A stretch of DNA of 64,000 nucleotides from Pseudomonadota bacterium (GCA_021848325.1 JAJZUU010000009.1:1580-65579), one strand, 5' to 3'. Numbered from the stretch's first letter, positions 49,293-61,080 are shown. The notes: generated by a model not told the origin, from the sequence alone. Translations and numbers: made by a program.

Positions 49293-51320
49293 GTGATCGT
49301 CACTTTCCCCAATAGCCCTTATAGACTGCACCAACCTTTCGAACCGGCGGGCGACCAGCCCGCCGCCATCGGGCAACTGGTGGAGGGCATAGAGAATGGC
49401 TTGGCATTCCAGACCCTGCTCGGGGTAACCGGCTCCGGCAAGACCTTCACCATGGCAAACGTGATCGCGCGGCTGGGCCGGCCGGCCATCATCATGGCGC
49501 CCAACAAGACCCTGGCGGCCCAGCTTTACGCCGAGATGCGGGAGTTCTTCCCGGAAAACGCGGTGGAGTATTTCGTCTCCTACTACGACTATTATCAGCC
49601 GGAAGCTTACGTGCCGTCGCGGGACTTGTTCATCGAGAAGGATTCCAGCATCAACGAGCATATCGAACAGATGCGCCTTTCCGCCACCAAGGCCTTGCTG
49701 GAGCGGGAAGACAGCGTGATCGTGGCCACCGTCTCGGCCATCTACGGCATCGGCGATCCGGTGGATTACCACGGCATGATCCTGCACTTGCGCCAAGGGG
49801 AGAAGCTCGCCCAGCGGGACGCCATCAAGCGCCTGACCGAAATGCAGTACGAGCGCAACGAGGTCGAGTTCCGGCGCGGGGTGTTCCGGGTGCGGGGCGA
49901 CGTGCTGGACATCTTTCCGGCGGAGAGCAACGAGACCGCAGTGCGGCTGAGCCTGTTCGACGACGAGGTGGAAAGCCTCGCCCTGTTCGACCCGCTGACC
50001 GGCCACATCGTGCGCAAAGTGACCCGCTACACCGTGTATCCTTCCAGCCACTACGTCACGCCCCGCAGCACCACTCTGAGGGCGATCGAGGCGATCAAGG
50101 CGGAACTGCGGGAGCGGATCGAGTTCTTCCAGCGGGAGCGCAAGCTGGTGGAAGCCCAGCGCATCGAGCAACGCACCCGTTTCGATCTGGAGATGCTGAA
50201 CGAGGTGGGCTTTTGCAAGGGAATCGAAAACTATTCGCGCCATCTGTCCGGCAAGGCCCCCGGGGAACCGCCCCCCACCCTGATGGACTACCTCCCGCCA
50301 AATGCCTTGGTGTTCCTGGACGAGAGCCATGTCACCATTCCCCAGGTAGGCGGCATGTACCGGGGCGACCGCGCGCGCAAGGAAAATCTGGTGGATTACG
50401 GCTTCCGGCTGCCCAGCGCGCTGGACAACCGGCCCCTGCGCTTTGACGAATTCGAGCGCGTGATGCGCCAGACCGTCTTCATTTCGGCCACCCCGGCGCA
50501 GTACGAGGCGGACCACGCCGGCCAGGTGGTGGAGCAGGTGGTGCGCCCCACCGGGCTGGTGGATCCCGTGATCGAGGTCCGCCCCGCATCCACCCAGGTG
50601 GACGACCTGCTGTCCGAGGTGACCCTGCGGGTCGCTCGCCGGGAGCGGGTGCTGGTGACCACCCTGACCAAGCGCATGGCCGAGGACCTCACCGACTATC
50701 TATCCGACCACGGCGTGAAAGTGCGTTACCTGCACTCCGATATCGACACCGTGGAACGGGTGGAGATTATCCGCGATCTGCGTCTGGGCGAATTCGACGT
50801 CCTGGTGGGCATCAATCTGCTGCGGGAGGGCCTGGACATCCCGGAGGTGTCGCTGGTGGCGATCCTGGACGCGGACAAGGAGGGCTTTCTGCGCTCCGAA
50901 CGCTCCCTGATCCAGACCATCGGACGGGCTGCGCGGCACATCAACGGCACCGCCATCCTGTACGCCGACCGGGTGACCGAATCCATGCGCCGGGCCATCG
51001 GGGAGACCGAGCGCCGGCGCAAGAAACAGACAGATTTCAATAGCGCCCACGGCATCATCCCAAAAGGGGTGACCAAGCGCATCAAGGACCTGATCGACGG
51101 CGTGTACGATGCCGACGCGGCTCAGCGGGAGCACAAGGCCGCCCAGGCCGTGGCCACCTACCGGCACATGAGCGAGAAGCAGCTCACCAAGGAACTGAAG
51201 CGCATGGAGAAGGCCATGCTGGAATGCGCGAAAAACCTGGAGTTCGAGCGTGCGGCGGAATTGCGCGACCAGTTGAAGGAACTGAAGCTTAAGCTATTCG
51301 GAGTGGTGGAGCACGATTGA
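49293..51320 (+). CDS. uvrB: excinuclease ABC subunit B
   Basis: [25 protein letters not shown], helicase motifs and a C-terminal UVR domain ([11 protein letters not shown]). GTG start at 49293. Confidence 0.96.
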   Translation: MIVTFPNSPYRLHQPFEPAGDQPAAIGQLVEGIENGLAFQTLLGVTGSGKTFTMANVIARLGRPAIIMAPNKTLAAQLYAEMREFFPENAVEYFVSYYDYYQPEAYVPSRDLFIEKDSSINEHIEQMRLSATKALLEREDSVIVATVSAIYGIGDPVDYHGMILHLRQGEKLAQRDAIKRLTEMQYERNEVEFRRGVFRVRGDVLDIFPAESNETAVRLSLFDDEVESLALFDPLTGHIVRKVTRYTVYPSSHYVTPRSTTLRAIEAIKAELRERIEFFQRERKLVEAQRIEQRTRFDLEMLNEVGFCKGIENYSRHLSGKAPGEPPPTLMDYLPPNALVFLDESHVTIPQVGGMYRGDRARKENLVDYGFRLPSALDNRPLRFDEFERVMRQTVFISATPAQYEADHAGQVVEQVVRPTGLVDPVIEVRPASTQVDDLLSEVTLRVARRERVLVTTLTKRMAEDLTDYLSDHGVKVRYLHSDIDTVERVEIIRDLRLGEFDVLVGINLLREGLDIPEVSLVAILDADKEGFLRSERSLIQTIGRAARHINGTAILYADRVTESMRRAIGETERRRKKQTDFNSAHGIIPKGVTKRIKDLIDGVYDADAAQREHKAAQAVATYRHMSEKQLTKELKRMEKAMLECAKNLEFERAAELRDQLKELKLKLFGVVEHD

Positions 51321-51469
51321 TTCGGCTGCGGCCATCAGCTTTTCAGATTGAGTCCATAAACTGCTGTAAATTGTGCGGTGCGCAACCCATCTTTTCCGCC
51401 TATCCGTTCGATCTCGTCCTTCTGGAGCACCCGGAGCAGGTTTGCCCGGGATGCTTGTCTCGGGGGCAC

Positions 51470-51568
51470 TTGCTAGCCGGTCTATGGGTGTGTATGATGA
51501 CGTGCTCCCTAAGCGCCTTCTCGTAGGGATGCCGGGCGGTCAAGAAGGCTAGCTGCGGCTAGCTTTTT
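51470..51568 (+). ncRNA. candidate small transcription unit (promoter plus ~60-nt RNA plus terminator)
   Basis: TTGCTA, 17-nt spacer, TATGAT (51470-51498). Hairpin GCTAGC-TGCG-GCTAGC plus T5 (51548-51568). Confidence 0.25.
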
Positions 51569-51738
51569 GCGGCGGTCCCACGCATGCGTTCCAAAGATTT
51601 CGTAGTCTGCAGTGATCGGCGCGGCTGACAGGCGGAACTCCGCCCTATGCGCCGGTCTTGTGGACTGGCGGCAGGGGTTTCAGGAAGGGTGACGGCCGGA
51701 AGCGACGGATCCGACATGCCTCTGCCCCACGGTTTTAT

Positions 51739-51838
51739 GGCGGGCCTCCCCGCATTGCAAGGTGGTGAACCTGGTCAGGTCCGGAAGGAAGCAGCCACAG
51801 CTACTTATTGCAAGTGCCGGGGGTTGGGCTCGCCACCC
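51739..51838 (+). ncRNA. ffs: signal recognition particle RNA (4.5S, small bacterial type)
   Basis: Domain IV core CCTGGTCAGGTCCGGAAGGAAGCAGCC. Ends GGCGGGCC...GGCTCGCCACCC can pair. Conserved position upstream of dnaX. Boundaries accurate to about 5 nt. Confidence 0.85.
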
Positions 51839-51891
51839 TCTATCGCCGCTATCCTGCGGCCTTCTGTCGGTTTCTGGTAGAATTCCAACCC

Positions 51892-53499
51892 ATGAGCTAC
51901 CAAGTGCTGGCGCGGAAATGGCGCCCCAAGACCTTTGCTGAATTGATTGGCCAGGAGCACGTGGTACGGGCACTCAGCAACGCCTTGGAACAGAAGAGGC
52001 TGCATCACGCCTACCTGTTCACCGGAACGCGCGGTGTGGGCAAGACCACCCTGGCGCGAATTTTGGCCAAATCCCTCAACTGCGAAACCGGCATCACGGC
52101 GGCGCCTTGCGGCCAATGCCAGCCCTGCCGCGAGATCGACGGCGGGCGCTTTGTGGACCTGCTGGAGCTGGACGCGGCATCCAATACCGGTATCGACAAC
52201 ATGCGCGAGGTCCTGGACAACGCGCAATATGCCCCCAGCAGCGGCCGCTTCAAGGTGTATATCATCGACGAAGTGCACATGCTCTCCAAGGCCGCCTTCA
52301 ATTCCATGCTGAAGACCCTGGAAGAGCCGCCGCAGCATGTAAAATTCATCCTCGCCACCACCGATCCGCAAAAAATCCCCGTGACCGTGCTGTCGCGCTG
52401 CCTGCAGTTCAATCTCAAGCAACTGCCGGCGGCGCCGATAGCCGCACACCTGGGGCGGGTGCTCGAACAGGAAGGAATCGAGTCCCAGTTGGCGGCGCTG
52501 CAGTTGCTGGCGCGCGCGGCCCAGGGCAGCATGCGCGATGCCCTCAGCTTGCTGGATCAAGCGATCGCCTACGGCGGCGGCAAGGTCGAGGAGGGCGGGG
52601 TGCGGGCAATGCTCGGGACCATCGACCAGTCCTATCTGTTCGGGTTGCTCAAGGCGTTGGCCGGCGGCGACGGCGTGGGAATGATGGCAACCGCCGAGGA
52701 GATGGCGGGGCGCAGCCTATCGTTTGATGCCGCGCTGCAGGATTTGGCGGTGCTGCTGCACCAGATCGCCCTGGCCCAGACTGTTCCTCAGGCGCTGGCC
52801 GAAGACCTGCCGGAGCGGGAGGGGATCATGGAGCTTGCCCGGTCCTTTCATCCGGAGGCGGTGCAGCTTTACTATCAGATTGCATTGCTGGGACGCAAGG
52901 ATCTCGGGTTGGCGCCCGACGAATACGCCGGTTTCAGCATGACGCTGCTACGCATGCTGGCCTTTTCCCCGGGTGCCGGGTCAGGCGCCGCTGCGGGCCA
53001 GGTGCCGGACGAAAAATCCCTGGCGGCCATTTCTACCGCAGCGCATGCATCGGAGCCGCTGCCCGCCGTGCCAAGCGCAGCGCCGGCGGCGACCTCCGGT
53101 GGCGATGACAGTCCTCCGTTTGACGGAGATTGGCCGGGGTTGGTGAACCGGCTCCAGCTCGGAGGTATGGCCCGGATGCTGGCCCAACACTGCGAACTGA
53201 AGCGTTACGACCATGGCATATTGGAATTGCTTGTGCCGGAAGCGCACAAGCACCTGCTGGAGAAGGCTTATCAGGAGCGCCTGAAGGGGGCCATAATCGA
53301 ATATGTGGGCACAGTGCTGGACATCCGTTTATCTGTCGGCACCAGTGGCGGCATAACGCCGGCCGAACTGGAGCACCGCGAAAGACAAACCAAGCAGGCG
53401 CAAGCCATCGCGTCGATCGAGCAAGATCCCTTTGTGCGCGAACTGGTGGAAAACTTCGATGCGAAAGTGGTCGAATCCAGCATAAAACCCATTAACTAA
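51892..53499 (+). CDS. dnaX: DNA polymerase III subunits tau/gamma
   Basis: N-terminus [25 protein letters not shown], Walker [10 protein letters not shown] and zinc-module cysteines. Start moved to ATG 51892. Confidence 0.95.
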   Translation: MSYQVLARKWRPKTFAELIGQEHVVRALSNALEQKRLHHAYLFTGTRGVGKTTLARILAKSLNCETGITAAPCGQCQPCREIDGGRFVDLLELDAASNTGIDNMREVLDNAQYAPSSGRFKVYIIDEVHMLSKAAFNSMLKTLEEPPQHVKFILATTDPQKIPVTVLSRCLQFNLKQLPAAPIAAHLGRVLEQEGIESQLAALQLLARAAQGSMRDALSLLDQAIAYGGGKVEEGGVRAMLGTIDQSYLFGLLKALAGGDGVGMMATAEEMAGRSLSFDAALQDLAVLLHQIALAQTVPQALAEDLPEREGIMELARSFHPEAVQLYYQIALLGRKDLGLAPDEYAGFSMTLLRMLAFSPGAGSGAAAGQVPDEKSLAAISTAAHASEPLPAVPSAAPAATSGGDDSPPFDGDWPGLVNRLQLGGMARMLAQHCELKRYDHGILELLVPEAHKHLLEKAYQERLKGAIIEYVGTVLDIRLSVGTSGGITPAELEHRERQTKQAQAIASIEQDPFVRELVENFDAKVVESSIKPIN

Positions 53500-53557
53500 G
53501 TCCAATCCGGTGGTTTGGCCTACACTGGACTGTGCGAGCAATGACAGGAGACGAACG

Positions 53558-53884
53558 ATGATGAAGGGTGGTTTGGGCAATCTGATGAAGCAAGCCCAGC
53601 AGATGCAAGAAAACATGCAGAAGATGCAGGAAAAGCTGGCCGAAATCGAGGTGGAAGGGCAAGCCGGGGCAGGGCTGGTAAAGGTGGTGATGACCTGCCG
53701 CCACGACGTAAAACGCGTGGTGATCGACGACAGCCTTCTGGGCGAGGATAAGGAGATGCTGGAAGATTTGCTAGCTGCGGCGGTGAACGATGCCGTCAGG
53801 CGGGTCGAGACCACCTCCCAGGAAAAAATGGGCGGCATGATGTCCGGCCTGGGCCTGCCGCCGGGGTTCAAGCTGCCGTTCTGA
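53558..53884 (+). CDS. ybaB: nucleoid-associated protein YbaB/EbfC
   Basis: [27 protein letters not shown]. dnaX-ybaB-recR synteny. Confidence 0.93.
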   Translation: MMKGGLGNLMKQAQQMQENMQKMQEKLAEIEVEGQAGAGLVKVVMTCRHDVKRVVIDDSLLGEDKEMLEDLLAAAVNDAVRRVETTSQEKMGGMMSGLGLPPGFKLPF

Positions 53885-53917
53885 TGGCATGCTGCCGCGC
53901 TCGACCCAAGCCGCGAC

Positions 53918-54514
53918 ATGAAGCCCCCATCCAGTCTGGAAGACCTGATCGAATCCTTGCGCTGCTTGCCCGGGGTGGGGCCGAAATCGGCCCAACGCAT
54001 GGCCTATCATCTACTGCAACGGGACCAGGCGGGCGCCGAGAAATTGGCCCATGCCCTGACCCATGCCCTAGGCCATATCCGCCACTGCGAGAAATGCAAC
54101 AATTTCACCGAGGAGGAGATATGCGCCCTGTGCCGCTCCGGCCGGCGCGACGGGAGCTTGCTGTGCGTGGTGGAAATGCCGGCAGACCTGCTCATGATGG
54201 AGCAGGCCCAGTGCTACCAGGGGATGTATTTCGTGTTGATGGGAAGGCTTTCCCCGTTGGACGGGGTAGGCCCCAAGGACATCCATCTGGACAAGTTGGT
54301 CAAGCGGACCTCCGACGGGCTGGTCAAGGAAGTGATCCTGGCCACCAATTTCACCGTGGAAGGGGAGGCGACCGCTCATTACATCAGCGAACTGCTGCGC
54401 GCACGCGGCATGCGGGTAACCCGCATCGCACGCGGGTTGCCGGTGGGGGGGGAACTGGAACATGTGGACAGCGGCACGCTGGCGCAAGCCGTGCTTGAGC
54501 GCAGGGACGCATAA
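53918..54514 (+). CDS. recR: recombination protein RecR
   Basis: [17 protein letters not shown] HhH motif, C4 zinc finger and Toprim domain. Confidence 0.95.
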   Translation: MKPPSSLEDLIESLRCLPGVGPKSAQRMAYHLLQRDQAGAEKLAHALTHALGHIRHCEKCNNFTEEEICALCRSGRRDGSLLCVVEMPADLLMMEQAQCYQGMYFVLMGRLSPLDGVGPKDIHLDKLVKRTSDGLVKEVILATNFTVEGEATAHYISELLRARGMRVTRIARGLPVGGELEHVDSGTLAQAVLERRDA

Positions 54515-54959
54515 GCTTAAATCGGCGCTGCCTATCTTTTCCCTGGTTTTCCTGGTTGGCTGTGCGACCACGCCGCCTATCGCGGACAGCCTCAACCGCT
54601 GGGTCGGGCAGGACGTCAACGGGCTGATCAGGCGGCTGGGGCCGCCCGACCGCATATACAAGATGCCCAACGGCAACAGCCTGTACAGCTATACCCGTGG
54701 GCATACGGAAACCATGCCCGTGGTCAAGACGCCTACCTACATCCTTCCCCCGCGCACCACGGTCAGTATCTCGGGCGGTGAGACCCATGTGACTACTACC
54801 GGGGGCGAGATCTTCGGCGGCGAGGTCTACGGCGGCGGCAAATACCGATCCTGGTGCAAGCTCCACCTGGAGGTAAACCGCGCGGACCGAATCGTCGGCT
54901 GGAGCGCCCAGGGGAACGCCTGCGACGAACTGCTGCCGGCATCCGCTCCTCCTTTGTGA
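54462..54959 (+). CDS. hypothetical lipoprotein
   Basis: Lipobox FLVGC after a hydrophobic segment. The true start is possibly TTG 54495. Overlaps the recR 3' end. Confidence 0.55.
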   Translation: MWTAARWRKPCLSAGTHKLKSALPIFSLVFLVGCATTPPIADSLNRWVGQDVNGLIRRLGPPDRIYKMPNGNSLYSYTRGHTETMPVVKTPTYILPPRTTVSISGGETHVTTTGGEIFGGEVYGGGKYRSWCKLHLEVNRADRIVGWSAQGNACDELLPASAPPL

Positions 54960-54982
54960 GGCCGCCGGACACGGGCGGGGGG

Positions 54983-57106
54983 TCAGGTGGTCAGGTTGCG
55001 GTAGATGTCGGCCACCTTGAACGGCAGCTTGCGGATCTCGTCGATCACGATGTAGTTGACCGCTCCGTACAGGTGGGGCAGGTAGTCCTTGGCTTCCCTG
55101 TCGATGGTGATGCAAAACGGGTGCACGCCGCTGCGCTTGGCTTCCTGCAGCGCCTTGCGGGTATCCTCGATGCCGTAGGGACCGCGGTAGCCGTCATGGT
55201 AGTCGTCCGGCTTGCCGTCGGAAAGGGTGATCAACAGCTTGGTGCGGGCCTCCACCTCCCCCAGCAGGCGGGTGAGGTGGCGGATGGCGAAGCCCATGCG
55301 GGTGTAGTCCTGGGGCCGGATACCGCTGATGCGCGCGCGCACCTCTTCGTTGTACGGCTCCTCGATGCGCTTGATGCGGTACAACTCGCAGCGCTTGCGG
55401 GTGATGCCGGAAAAGCCGTAGATGGCGTAGCGGTCGCCCAGGGTCTCCAGGGCCTCGCACAGCAGCACCAGGGATTCGCGCTCGGCGTCGTTGATCCAGC
55501 CTTTGGTGGAGCCGCTCATGTCCACCATGAACATCACCGCGATGTTGCGCTCCGTGCGGTGCATCCGGGTGAACAGGCGGTCCGTCATTTCGCTGCCGTC
55601 GTGGGCGTCCGAGAGGGCCTCCACCAGGGCGTCGATATCCACGTCGTCGCCGTGTATCTGGCGCTTGAGCAGGCGGTCTTCGTCGCGCATGGCCTCGAAG
55701 GAGCGGCGCAGGTGCTTGACCAGGCCGCTGTATTCTTGCATCACCTTGGAGACGTACCCGTCGTGCACCGGCGGCACGTCCTTCTCGCGCATCACACACC
55801 AGTTCTTGCGGTAGTGCTGGCGGCCGAAGTCCCATTCCGGGTAGAAGGTGGCACCCTCTTCGTGATAGGTTCCCTGCCAGACTTCATCGGGATCTTTGGC
55901 TTTTTCCTCGAACAGACCGGGGTCGTACTCCCCCGGTCCGGCCGGGGAGAGATGTTCGGGGGGGAGTTCACCCCAATCCAGGTAGACCGAGGTCAGCAGT
56001 TGGCGCACGCCTTCGGGCGGGGCGATCGGCATATCGTCCAGGATCAGTTCAAACCGGGGCAGACCGGCCTGTTCGTCTTGTGCCGGCTTGACCTCGAAAC
56101 GGGGGGCGGTGTCACCGTCCCCTCCTTTCTGTTTGCCGAGTTCCTCCAGCAGTTGCGCCAGCTTGACCCGCAGCAGCGTCTTCTCCCGCTCCATGCGGGC
56201 GGCCATGGTGTTCGCGACGGCTTCCAAGCGCAATTCGCCCTGGTAGCAGACGGCGGCCGGAATTGGGGCCGGATAGGCCTCCGCCAGCAGGCGCAGGCTG
56301 TCCTCGGCGGTGGCTTCCGGCCGGGCCAGTTCCTGCGCCCATGGATCCCATTCCTGCGGCAGATATTCTTGGTGGAGTTCGGCCTTGAGTCGCCGCATTT
56401 CGCGGGACAGGCCGGGCAATTCCCGGCGAATGCAGGCCTCCAGGCGCAGGGTTTCGAGGGCGTGGAACTGCGCCCGCGCCCGCTGGTGATCGGGATAGGT
56501 CGCCAGGGTCTCGAATAGATTGGCGCGAAAGCTCCTGAAGCGGGTCTGCGCCCAGAGGAAGGCGACCATCGCCTTGCATAGCTGGAAGTTGTCCTCCGCC
56601 CTCGGCATCCTGGCGATTACCGCGGGCAGGTATAGGATCTCGCTGTCGGTATAGACCGCATCCCCTTCTTCCAGCTTGAGCTGCCTACCCGACAGCCCGC
56701 GCACGAAGGTGAGCAGGATACCGCTCACATCCCCGAATATCGCCCCCGCCGCGTGCTCGTGGCTGAACTGGGCAAAGCGCTCCACATCCTGGATAACCTG
56801 GAGGGCTGGCCGCAGCCCCGCCCGGTCGTAGGTATCCATCGCATGCAAGGCCCATGCCTCGATTACGCGCCGGTCCATGTGCGCCAGCACCTGCACCGCG
56901 CGGCGGGCGAATTGGTAGGCGATTTCGATATTGGTGGTGGCGCTGCGTCGTATCCAGTTGAGCAGGAAATCCTGCTCGTGCCGTGGCAGGGAAGAAAGCT
57001 CCGCCGCGAGGGTATCCACGCGGAGGAAGGTGAATTCCACCTCCAGCCATGCCTCCAGGGACTTTTCGATCTGCCCTGCCGCCAGCGGCAGGCTGTCGTC
57101 CGCCAC
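54983..57106 (-). CDS. CbbO/NorD-type von Willebrand factor A domain protein
   Basis: 707 aa with a C-terminal vWA domain carrying MIDAS motif VDMSGST. Lies 12 nt downstream of its MoxR-type AAA+ partner. Confidence 0.85.
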   Translation of the reverse strand: MADDSLPLAAGQIEKSLEAWLEVEFTFLRVDTLAAELSSLPRHEQDFLLNWIRRSATTNIEIAYQFARRAVQVLAHMDRRVIEAWALHAMDTYDRAGLRPALQVIQDVERFAQFSHEHAAGAIFGDVSGILLTFVRGLSGRQLKLEEGDAVYTDSEILYLPAVIARMPRAEDNFQLCKAMVAFLWAQTRFRSFRANLFETLATYPDHQRARAQFHALETLRLEACIRRELPGLSREMRRLKAELHQEYLPQEWDPWAQELARPEATAEDSLRLLAEAYPAPIPAAVCYQGELRLEAVANTMAARMEREKTLLRVKLAQLLEELGKQKGGDGDTAPRFEVKPAQDEQAGLPRFELILDDMPIAPPEGVRQLLTSVYLDWGELPPEHLSPAGPGEYDPGLFEEKAKDPDEVWQGTYHEEGATFYPEWDFGRQHYRKNWCVMREKDVPPVHDGYVSKVMQEYSGLVKHLRRSFEAMRDEDRLLKRQIHGDDVDIDALVEALSDAHDGSEMTDRLFTRMHRTERNIAVMFMVDMSGSTKGWINDAERESLVLLCEALETLGDRYAIYGFSGITRKRCELYRIKRIEEPYNEEVRARISGIRPQDYTRMGFAIRHLTRLLGEVEARTKLLITLSDGKPDDYHDGYRGPYGIEDTRKALQEAKRSGVHPFCITIDREAKDYLPHLYGAVNYIVIDEIRKLPFKVADIYRNLTT

Positions 57107-57118
57107 GAGAAAGCCCCC

Positions 57119-57931
57119 TTAGAAAATGGAGGAGGAGAGTTCCTGGATGGCGGCCAGCATCTCCGGGTCGTCGGTGATCGCCTGGGCAATGGCGCTCTGA
57201 CAGGCAGAGACCGGCGCCACCCCGGCGGCAATCAGCTTGCCAGCGTGTACCAGCAGGCGGGTGCTGGCCCCTTCCTCCAGGCCGCTGCCCTTGAGATTGC
57301 GCGTCATGTGGGCGAACTTGACCAACTGTTCCGCCACCTCGGCGCTTATGCCCGCCTGGTTGGCGACAATCCGCCGCTCCAGTTCCGCGCCGGGGTAGCC
57401 GAATTCCAGCGCGACAAAACGCTGCCGCGTGCTCTGTTTCAGGTCTTTCAAGACGCTCTGGTAGCCGGGGTTGTAGGAAATGGCGAGGCAGAAATCCCGG
57501 TTGGCTTCCAGCAGGACACCAAGCTTTTCCATAGGGAGGACGCGGCGGTCGTCCGCCAACGGATGGATCACCACCATGGTGTCCTTGCGCGCTTCGACAA
57601 TCTCGTCCAGATAGCAGATTCCCCCCGCGCGCACGGCGCGGGCCAGCGGGCCGTCTATCCACACCGTTTCGCCGCCTTTGACCAGGTAACGGCCCACCAG
57701 ATCGGAGGCGGTCAGATCGTCGTGGCAGGATACCGTGATCAGCGGGCGTTTAAGACGCCACGCCATGTATTCCATGAAGCGGGTCTTGCCACAACCGGTT
57801 GGCCCCTTGAGCAGCACCGGCAGCCGATTGCCGTAGGCGGCCTCGAAAATGGCCACCTCGTCGCCGGTGGGCTCATAATATGGCTCTGATTCTACGAAAT
57901 ATTCTTCCGGATTCAGGGCGCGTGCTTGCAC
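57119..57931 (-). CDS. CbbQ/NirQ/NorQ-type MoxR AAA+ ATPase
   Basis: 270 aa with Walker [13 protein letters not shown] and Walker [10 protein letters not shown]. CbbQ-like throughout. Confidence 0.9.
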   Translation of the reverse strand: MQARALNPEEYFVESEPYYEPTGDEVAIFEAAYGNRLPVLLKGPTGCGKTRFMEYMAWRLKRPLITVSCHDDLTASDLVGRYLVKGGETVWIDGPLARAVRAGGICYLDEIVEARKDTMVVIHPLADDRRVLPMEKLGVLLEANRDFCLAISYNPGYQSVLKDLKQSTRQRFVALEFGYPGAELERRIVANQAGISAEVAEQLVKFAHMTRNLKGSGLEEGASTRLLVHAGKLIAAGVAPVSACQSAIAQAITDDPEMLAAIQELSSSIF

Positions 57932-57954
57932 GGCATTTCCTCAACGGTGGGAAG

Positions 57955-58869
57955 TCAGTCGATGTGCTTGTACTTGTCGTCATCCTCGGCGGGCGGGGTA
58001 TCCAGCGGCCCGACCTTGGCCACGATGTCCGCCATCACGGCGTCGCGCTCCTGCTTGCGCGCCACGCGCTTTTCCTGCGCGTCCGCCTTCATCGGGATGG
58101 AAGTTTCGTCGAACATCACTTGCTTGAGAAAGCGGTAACCGAACTGCATCAGCTCGATTTCGTCCTGCTGGATTTTCTGCTTCAGCTCCTCCGGCAGGTC
58201 GTAAACCTCATTGAAGGAATCACCCCCCACGAATTCCCGGAAACGGTCCAGGTCGTAGCTAGCCAGGAAAAACAGTTGCAGGCTGCGTTTGCTGGGTTTG
58301 CCCACGGTCGGACCAGTGGATTTCTTTTTAAGGACGAGTTGGCGCCAGCCGCGGCCTTGCTCGTCGTACTCCTCCAGTCCCTGCTCGTGGCGGTATTCGT
58401 CGATGGTCAGGGAGCGCGGTTCGTTGTGGCCCAGGCAGTGATCTTCCTTGACCAGTGCGTAATGGTCCTGGTCGGTGTATTCGTTCTGCTTGCGCATCGA
58501 AATCAGGGCGACCGGATAGTAGCGGCAAGCGGTGGGGCGGTCTTCGTAGACGCTGCACCCTTCATCGGTCATGAACTGGCATTGGTTGGTATTCTCCACG
58601 GGGCGCAGCTTTACGCCGGCAATATCGCCCTTGGCCATCTCGAACGGGAGGGTGTATTTCAGCAGGAAGTCGCTCGAAGTCATCCCCGTGCGGCGCTTCA
58701 GGCGCAGGACATCGTAAGGAGTGAGGGTGATGTCGATGGATTTGCAGCACGCATTGAAGCAGCCGATGCCTTTATGGCAACGGAACTGGATGACCTTGCC
58801 GCCCTCGTACAGGGCTGGCACGACAGGGCTTGTAGGAAAGGGGGAATCTTGGCTCTCGATCTTGTCCAT
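57955..58869 (-). CDS. YkgJ/UPF0153-like Cys-rich (putative Zn/Fe-S binding) protein
   Basis: 304 aa with FRCHKGIGCFNACC and CQFMTDEGCSVYEDRPTACRYYP motifs. Confidence 0.65.
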   Translation of the reverse strand: MDKIESQDSPFPTSPVVPALYEGGKVIQFRCHKGIGCFNACCKSIDITLTPYDVLRLKRRTGMTSSDFLLKYTLPFEMAKGDIAGVKLRPVENTNQCQFMTDEGCSVYEDRPTACRYYPVALISMRKQNEYTDQDHYALVKEDHCLGHNEPRSLTIDEYRHEQGLEEYDEQGRGWRQLVLKKKSTGPTVGKPSKRSLQLFFLASYDLDRFREFVGGDSFNEVYDLPEELKQKIQQDEIELMQFGYRFLKQVMFDETSIPMKADAQEKRVARKQERDAVMADIVAKVGPLDTPPAEDDDKYKHID

Positions 58870-58990
58870 CGTTTACTTCTCGCTATGTTCGTTCACCTTC
58901 CCCTACGGTATCGGTGGCTCTGGTTACCGAAGAAGAGGGAGTGTTATGCTACGGAACATGTCAGAACAGACATGCGGCTAGGGAAGATTA

Positions 58991-59025
58991 CAAAGAAACA
59001 AAACCGGGCACCCTGCGGCGCCCGG
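58991..59025 (-). terminator. intrinsic terminator after aprA
   Basis: On the minus strand: CCGGGCGCCGCAGGGTGCCCGG hairpin followed by TTTTGTTTCTTTG. Confidence 0.7.
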
Positions 59026-59055
59026 CTTTGAGGTTGCAACTATTTTATTGACTAC

Positions 59056-61080
59056 TTAGTGGCTGGCAGCCTTGAACAGCTTGGACTTGTCAACCAGGTC
59101 TACGTGCTTGCGCTTGAACACGGTCCACTTGTGGGTGGTCTTGTCGTAGACGGAGTTAACGAAGCATTTCCAGTTTTCTTCATCCACGAAGTTCTTGTCC
59201 ATACGGTAGTAGAAGCCCGGGTAACGGGACTCTTCACGGAACTGGATGTGCTTCATGTGGGCTTCCGCCGTCAGAATACGGTGGTAGTTTTCCCAGGCGC
59301 GCAACAATTCGTGCAGGTCCTTCGCACGCATCTTCTGAGCGTCTTCCTTCAGCATTTCCAGCTTCTCTTCCGCCACGGCAAGCATGTGCTCGTTGGTGGT
59401 GTAATAAGTCGCCACACCGGCCACGTACTCGTCCATGATCTTCTGCAGACGGAACTGGAGCATCTTCGGCGTGATGTAGTTGGGGTTCACGTCGATAGCG
59501 GTGGAGTAGTCCTTGAACTCCAGGAAGGTGCGCACCGGCTTGTAGATCTCTTCCACCAGCGTGTTCACGTCGGCGTCGAGCTCGGGTTTCCAGCTCTTGT
59601 TGTCGATGCAGAACTTGACCATCGCCTTGGCGGCAAGACGGCCTTCGGCGTGGGAGCCGGAGGAGAACTTGTGGCCAGAAGCGCCCACGCCGTCACCGGC
59701 GGTGAACAGGCCCTTCACGGTGGTCATGGAGCGGTAACCCCAGTGCCAGCCCTTGGGCAGGTGGTCGGGGACGCCAGGCAACCCCTCGGTGGTTGGTGCG
59801 CCCAGATCTTCCGGGCCGGATACCCAAATACCGCAGCAGCCGGAATGGGAACCCAACAGGTAGGGCTCGGTCGGCATCAGTTCGGAGTTTTTCTTCTCCG
59901 GCTCGATGTTCTCACCCACCCAGACGCCGCACTGGCCAACGCACATGTCCAGGAAGTCCTCCCACGCCTCGGCTTCCAGGTGCTTCACTTCGCGCGGAGA
60001 CAGGGTTTCCTTCAGTTTGGCGAGGGCGGTCACGGTGTCCATGTAGATCGGGCCGCGGCCTTCCTTCATTTCTTTCAGCATCAGGTGGTTACGCAGGCAG
60101 GAGGCGGGAACGGCAGCCAGCCCGTAGGGCGGGTAATCGTTCAGCATTTCCTTGTTGCGGTCCATGTACACTTCGCCCAGGGCATTGACGGCTTTGGCCT
60201 TGAACAGCAGGAACCAGGCGCCGACCGGGCCGTAGCCGTCCTTGAAGCGGGCGGGTACAAAGCGATTTTCCATCATGGTGAGTTCGGCACCAGCCTCGGC
60301 AGCCATGGAATAGGTGGAACCGGAGTTCCATACCGGGTACCAGGCGCGGCCGGTACCTTCACCCACGGAACGGGGACGGAAAATGTTCACCGCGCCGCCG
60401 GCGGCCAGCAGACAGGCCTTGAACTTGTACACGTACACTTTGTGCTCGCGCACGGAGAAGCCGACCGCCCCAGCCACCCGCTTGGGATCGTTCTTGTCGT
60501 TCACCAGCTTGACGATGAACACACGCTCCTGGATGCGGTCCATGCCCAGCGCCTTCTTGGCGGCTTCGGCCACGATCCACTTGTAGGACTCGCCGTTGAT
60601 CATGATCTGCCATTTACCGGAACGTACCGGCTTGCCACCATCCTTCAGTGCCGGCATACCCTTGGAGCCGTCATGACGCTCGCCGTTCTCATCGGTTTTC
60701 CAAATGGGCAGGCCCCACTCTTCAAACAGGTGCACGGACTCGTCAACCACGCGACCCAAGTCATAGGCCAGATCGTCGCGGGTGATGCCCATCAGGTCGT
60801 TGGAGACCATACGGGCATAGTCGGCGGGATCCTGCTCCGGGCCGATGTAGGTGTTGATCGCGGACAGGCCCTGTGCCACGGCGCCGGAACGGTCCATGGC
60901 AGCCTTGTCAACCAGTTTGATCTTGAGGTCTACGCCGGTTTCGGCCTTGGCGGCCTCGGCCCAGCGCACCATTTCATAAGCGGCGCCGCAGCAGGCCATG
61001 CCGCCGCCAATCAAGAGGATATCGACCTCTTCCTGTACTACTTCTGGATTTCCAAATGTTCCTTCAGACATCGCATTCAC
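59056..61080 (-). CDS. aprA: adenylylsulfate (APS) reductase alpha subunit
   Basis: 674 aa. FAD-binding VDILLIGGGMACCGAAYE; AprA-like throughout and paired with aprB. Confidence 0.95.
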   Translation of the reverse strand: MNAMSEGTFGNPEVVQEEVDILLIGGGMACCGAAYEMVRWAEAAKAETGVDLKIKLVDKAAMDRSGAVAQGLSAINTYIGPEQDPADYARMVSNDLMGITRDDLAYDLGRVVDESVHLFEEWGLPIWKTDENGERHDGSKGMPALKDGGKPVRSGKWQIMINGESYKWIVAEAAKKALGMDRIQERVFIVKLVNDKNDPKRVAGAVGFSVREHKVYVYKFKACLLAAGGAVNIFRPRSVGEGTGRAWYPVWNSGSTYSMAAEAGAELTMMENRFVPARFKDGYGPVGAWFLLFKAKAVNALGEVYMDRNKEMLNDYPPYGLAAVPASCLRNHLMLKEMKEGRGPIYMDTVTALAKLKETLSPREVKHLEAEAWEDFLDMCVGQCGVWVGENIEPEKKNSELMPTEPYLLGSHSGCCGIWVSGPEDLGAPTTEGLPGVPDHLPKGWHWGYRSMTTVKGLFTAGDGVGASGHKFSSGSHAEGRLAAKAMVKFCIDNKSWKPELDADVNTLVEEIYKPVRTFLEFKDYSTAIDVNPNYITPKMLQFRLQKIMDEYVAGVATYYTTNEHMLAVAEEKLEMLKEDAQKMRAKDLHELLRAWENYHRILTAEAHMKHIQFREESRYPGFYYRMDKNFVDEENWKCFVNSVYDKTTHKWTVFKRKHVDLVDKSKLFKAASH

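Noticed and set aside
51317-51526. 69-aa ORF after uvrB
   Set aside because: It overlaps the uvrB stop, has no RBS, is Cys/Leu-rich and low-complexity, and has atypical codon usage. The region is treated as intergenic.
51892-53499. Programmed -1 frameshift site in dnaX (A AAA AAG as in E. coli)
   Set aside because: I did not see an A AAA AAG heptamer in the appropriate region. The closest sequence is GACGAAAAATCC near 53010, which does not fit, so no claim is made.
54983-57931. Calling the MoxR-vWA pair RubisCO activase (cbbQ/cbbO) or NO-reductase chaperone (norQ/norD) specifically
   Set aside because: The family assignment is solid, but no RubisCO or nor genes are in the window, so the client cannot be inferred. 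Gene symbols were left empty.
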